A DNA stretch of 63,908 nucleotides, counting the filler, from Octopus bimaculoides (lineage: Eukaryota): assembly GCF_001194135.2 (NCBI RefSeq). It is 5 parts of 4 records of this genome, joined end to end, with 100 filler letters (N's around TTAATTAATTAA, not from the genome) between each part and the next. Parts side by side here need not be neighbours in the genome. Positions count along the whole stretch, not along the records: positions 61,983 to 63,908 come from NC_068981.1; 4 more parts are not named here. The stretch is one strand, 5' to 3'. The position numbers and the translations under genes were made by a program. Position 1 is the stretch's first letter; the number at the start of each line of letters is the position of its first letter. The notes beneath the pieces were generated by a model, which had not been told where the DNA came from, made no database searches, and was given only the letters and a program-made list of their open reading frames with translations. Shown here one piece after another: positions 63,139 through 63,908 of this stretch.

Positions 63139-63297
63139 AGCTGTTGTTTTTAGCAGTTTTCGAGATGGTTTAGCAGCTCTTTATTGGCTTGATTGTCATT
63201 TTTGTTGTTGTTAATAGTGGTGGCAGTGATATAGTTAATGTTAGTAGTAATGCTGGTAGCGCTGGTGCATGTAGCAGTAGTGATAGCAGTAATGGTT

Positions 63298-63334
<37 letters not shown>

Positions 63335-63413
63335 GAGTAGTAGTAATAGTAGTAGTGCCTGTTGTTTACTGCTTATGGTAATTATAAAGATGATTACGAT
63401 GAAAATGATGACA

Positions 63414-63444
<31 letters not shown>

Positions 63445-63490
63445 CAATGATGATAATGATGGTGATGATGATGATAATGATGGCGATCAC
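63024..63490. repeat. (AG)n tract followed by compound (AGT/GAT)n microsatellite
   Basis: Directly visible. Source of the poly-I/L/S/D pseudo-ORFs. Confidence 0.95.
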
Positions 63491-63603
63491 ATCATTGCTA
63501 TACTTCCTTTAACAGCCACATTAAAGTCATATAATGTACAGAGTGCAGTGTCATCCATTGGTCAATATATTTCATTAATATTTCACACACATGCACACCC
63601 AGA

Positions 63604-63675
<72 letters not shown>

Positions 63676-63868
63676 GTGTGATACAATTTCATATCATATG
63701 ATTGGATAAATTTGATACTCTTTAAATACCTAATTACAAAAATATCACTTCTTCAATTTATTGATATCTGAAACTTTCTCTTGAACTTTCTCCCTGAAAC
63801 ATTATTAGTTTTGTATTACTTTAGGGACAACCAGATATTCCAGTAAGAGGGGTCTTTTGTTGTTGTTT

Positions 63869-63908
<40 letters not shown>

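Overview
Repeat-dense, AT-rich eukaryotic DNA with many N-gaps. The SINE families, microsatellite load and gene type point to a coleoid cephalopod, most likely Octopus (inferred from recognition, not a search). No prokaryotic features or CRISPR array. (1) Three phase-compatible + strand exons (35538-35695, 37904-38018, 38953-39121) encode an LRR C-terminal cap and a HormR domain of an adhesion-type GPCR; no GAIN/7TM exons were identified. (2) Decayed transposons: at least 8 R4/Dong-like non-LTR fragments, Hero-, RTE-, CR1/L2- and Penelope-like remnants, three Tc1/mariner lineages, MITEs and several SINE families. (3) The most notable signal is a set of minimal type-I hammerhead ribozyme motifs (CUGAnGA...GAAA-palindrome-UH) in at least five unrelated repeat families. 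One family is a ~350-nt, apparently tandem or circular unit inserted into a mariner fossil with a 13-bp target-site duplication and an inverted segment, consistent with a retrozyme or Penelope pLTR-derived element. All structures were folded by eye and none is experimentally or database confirmed.
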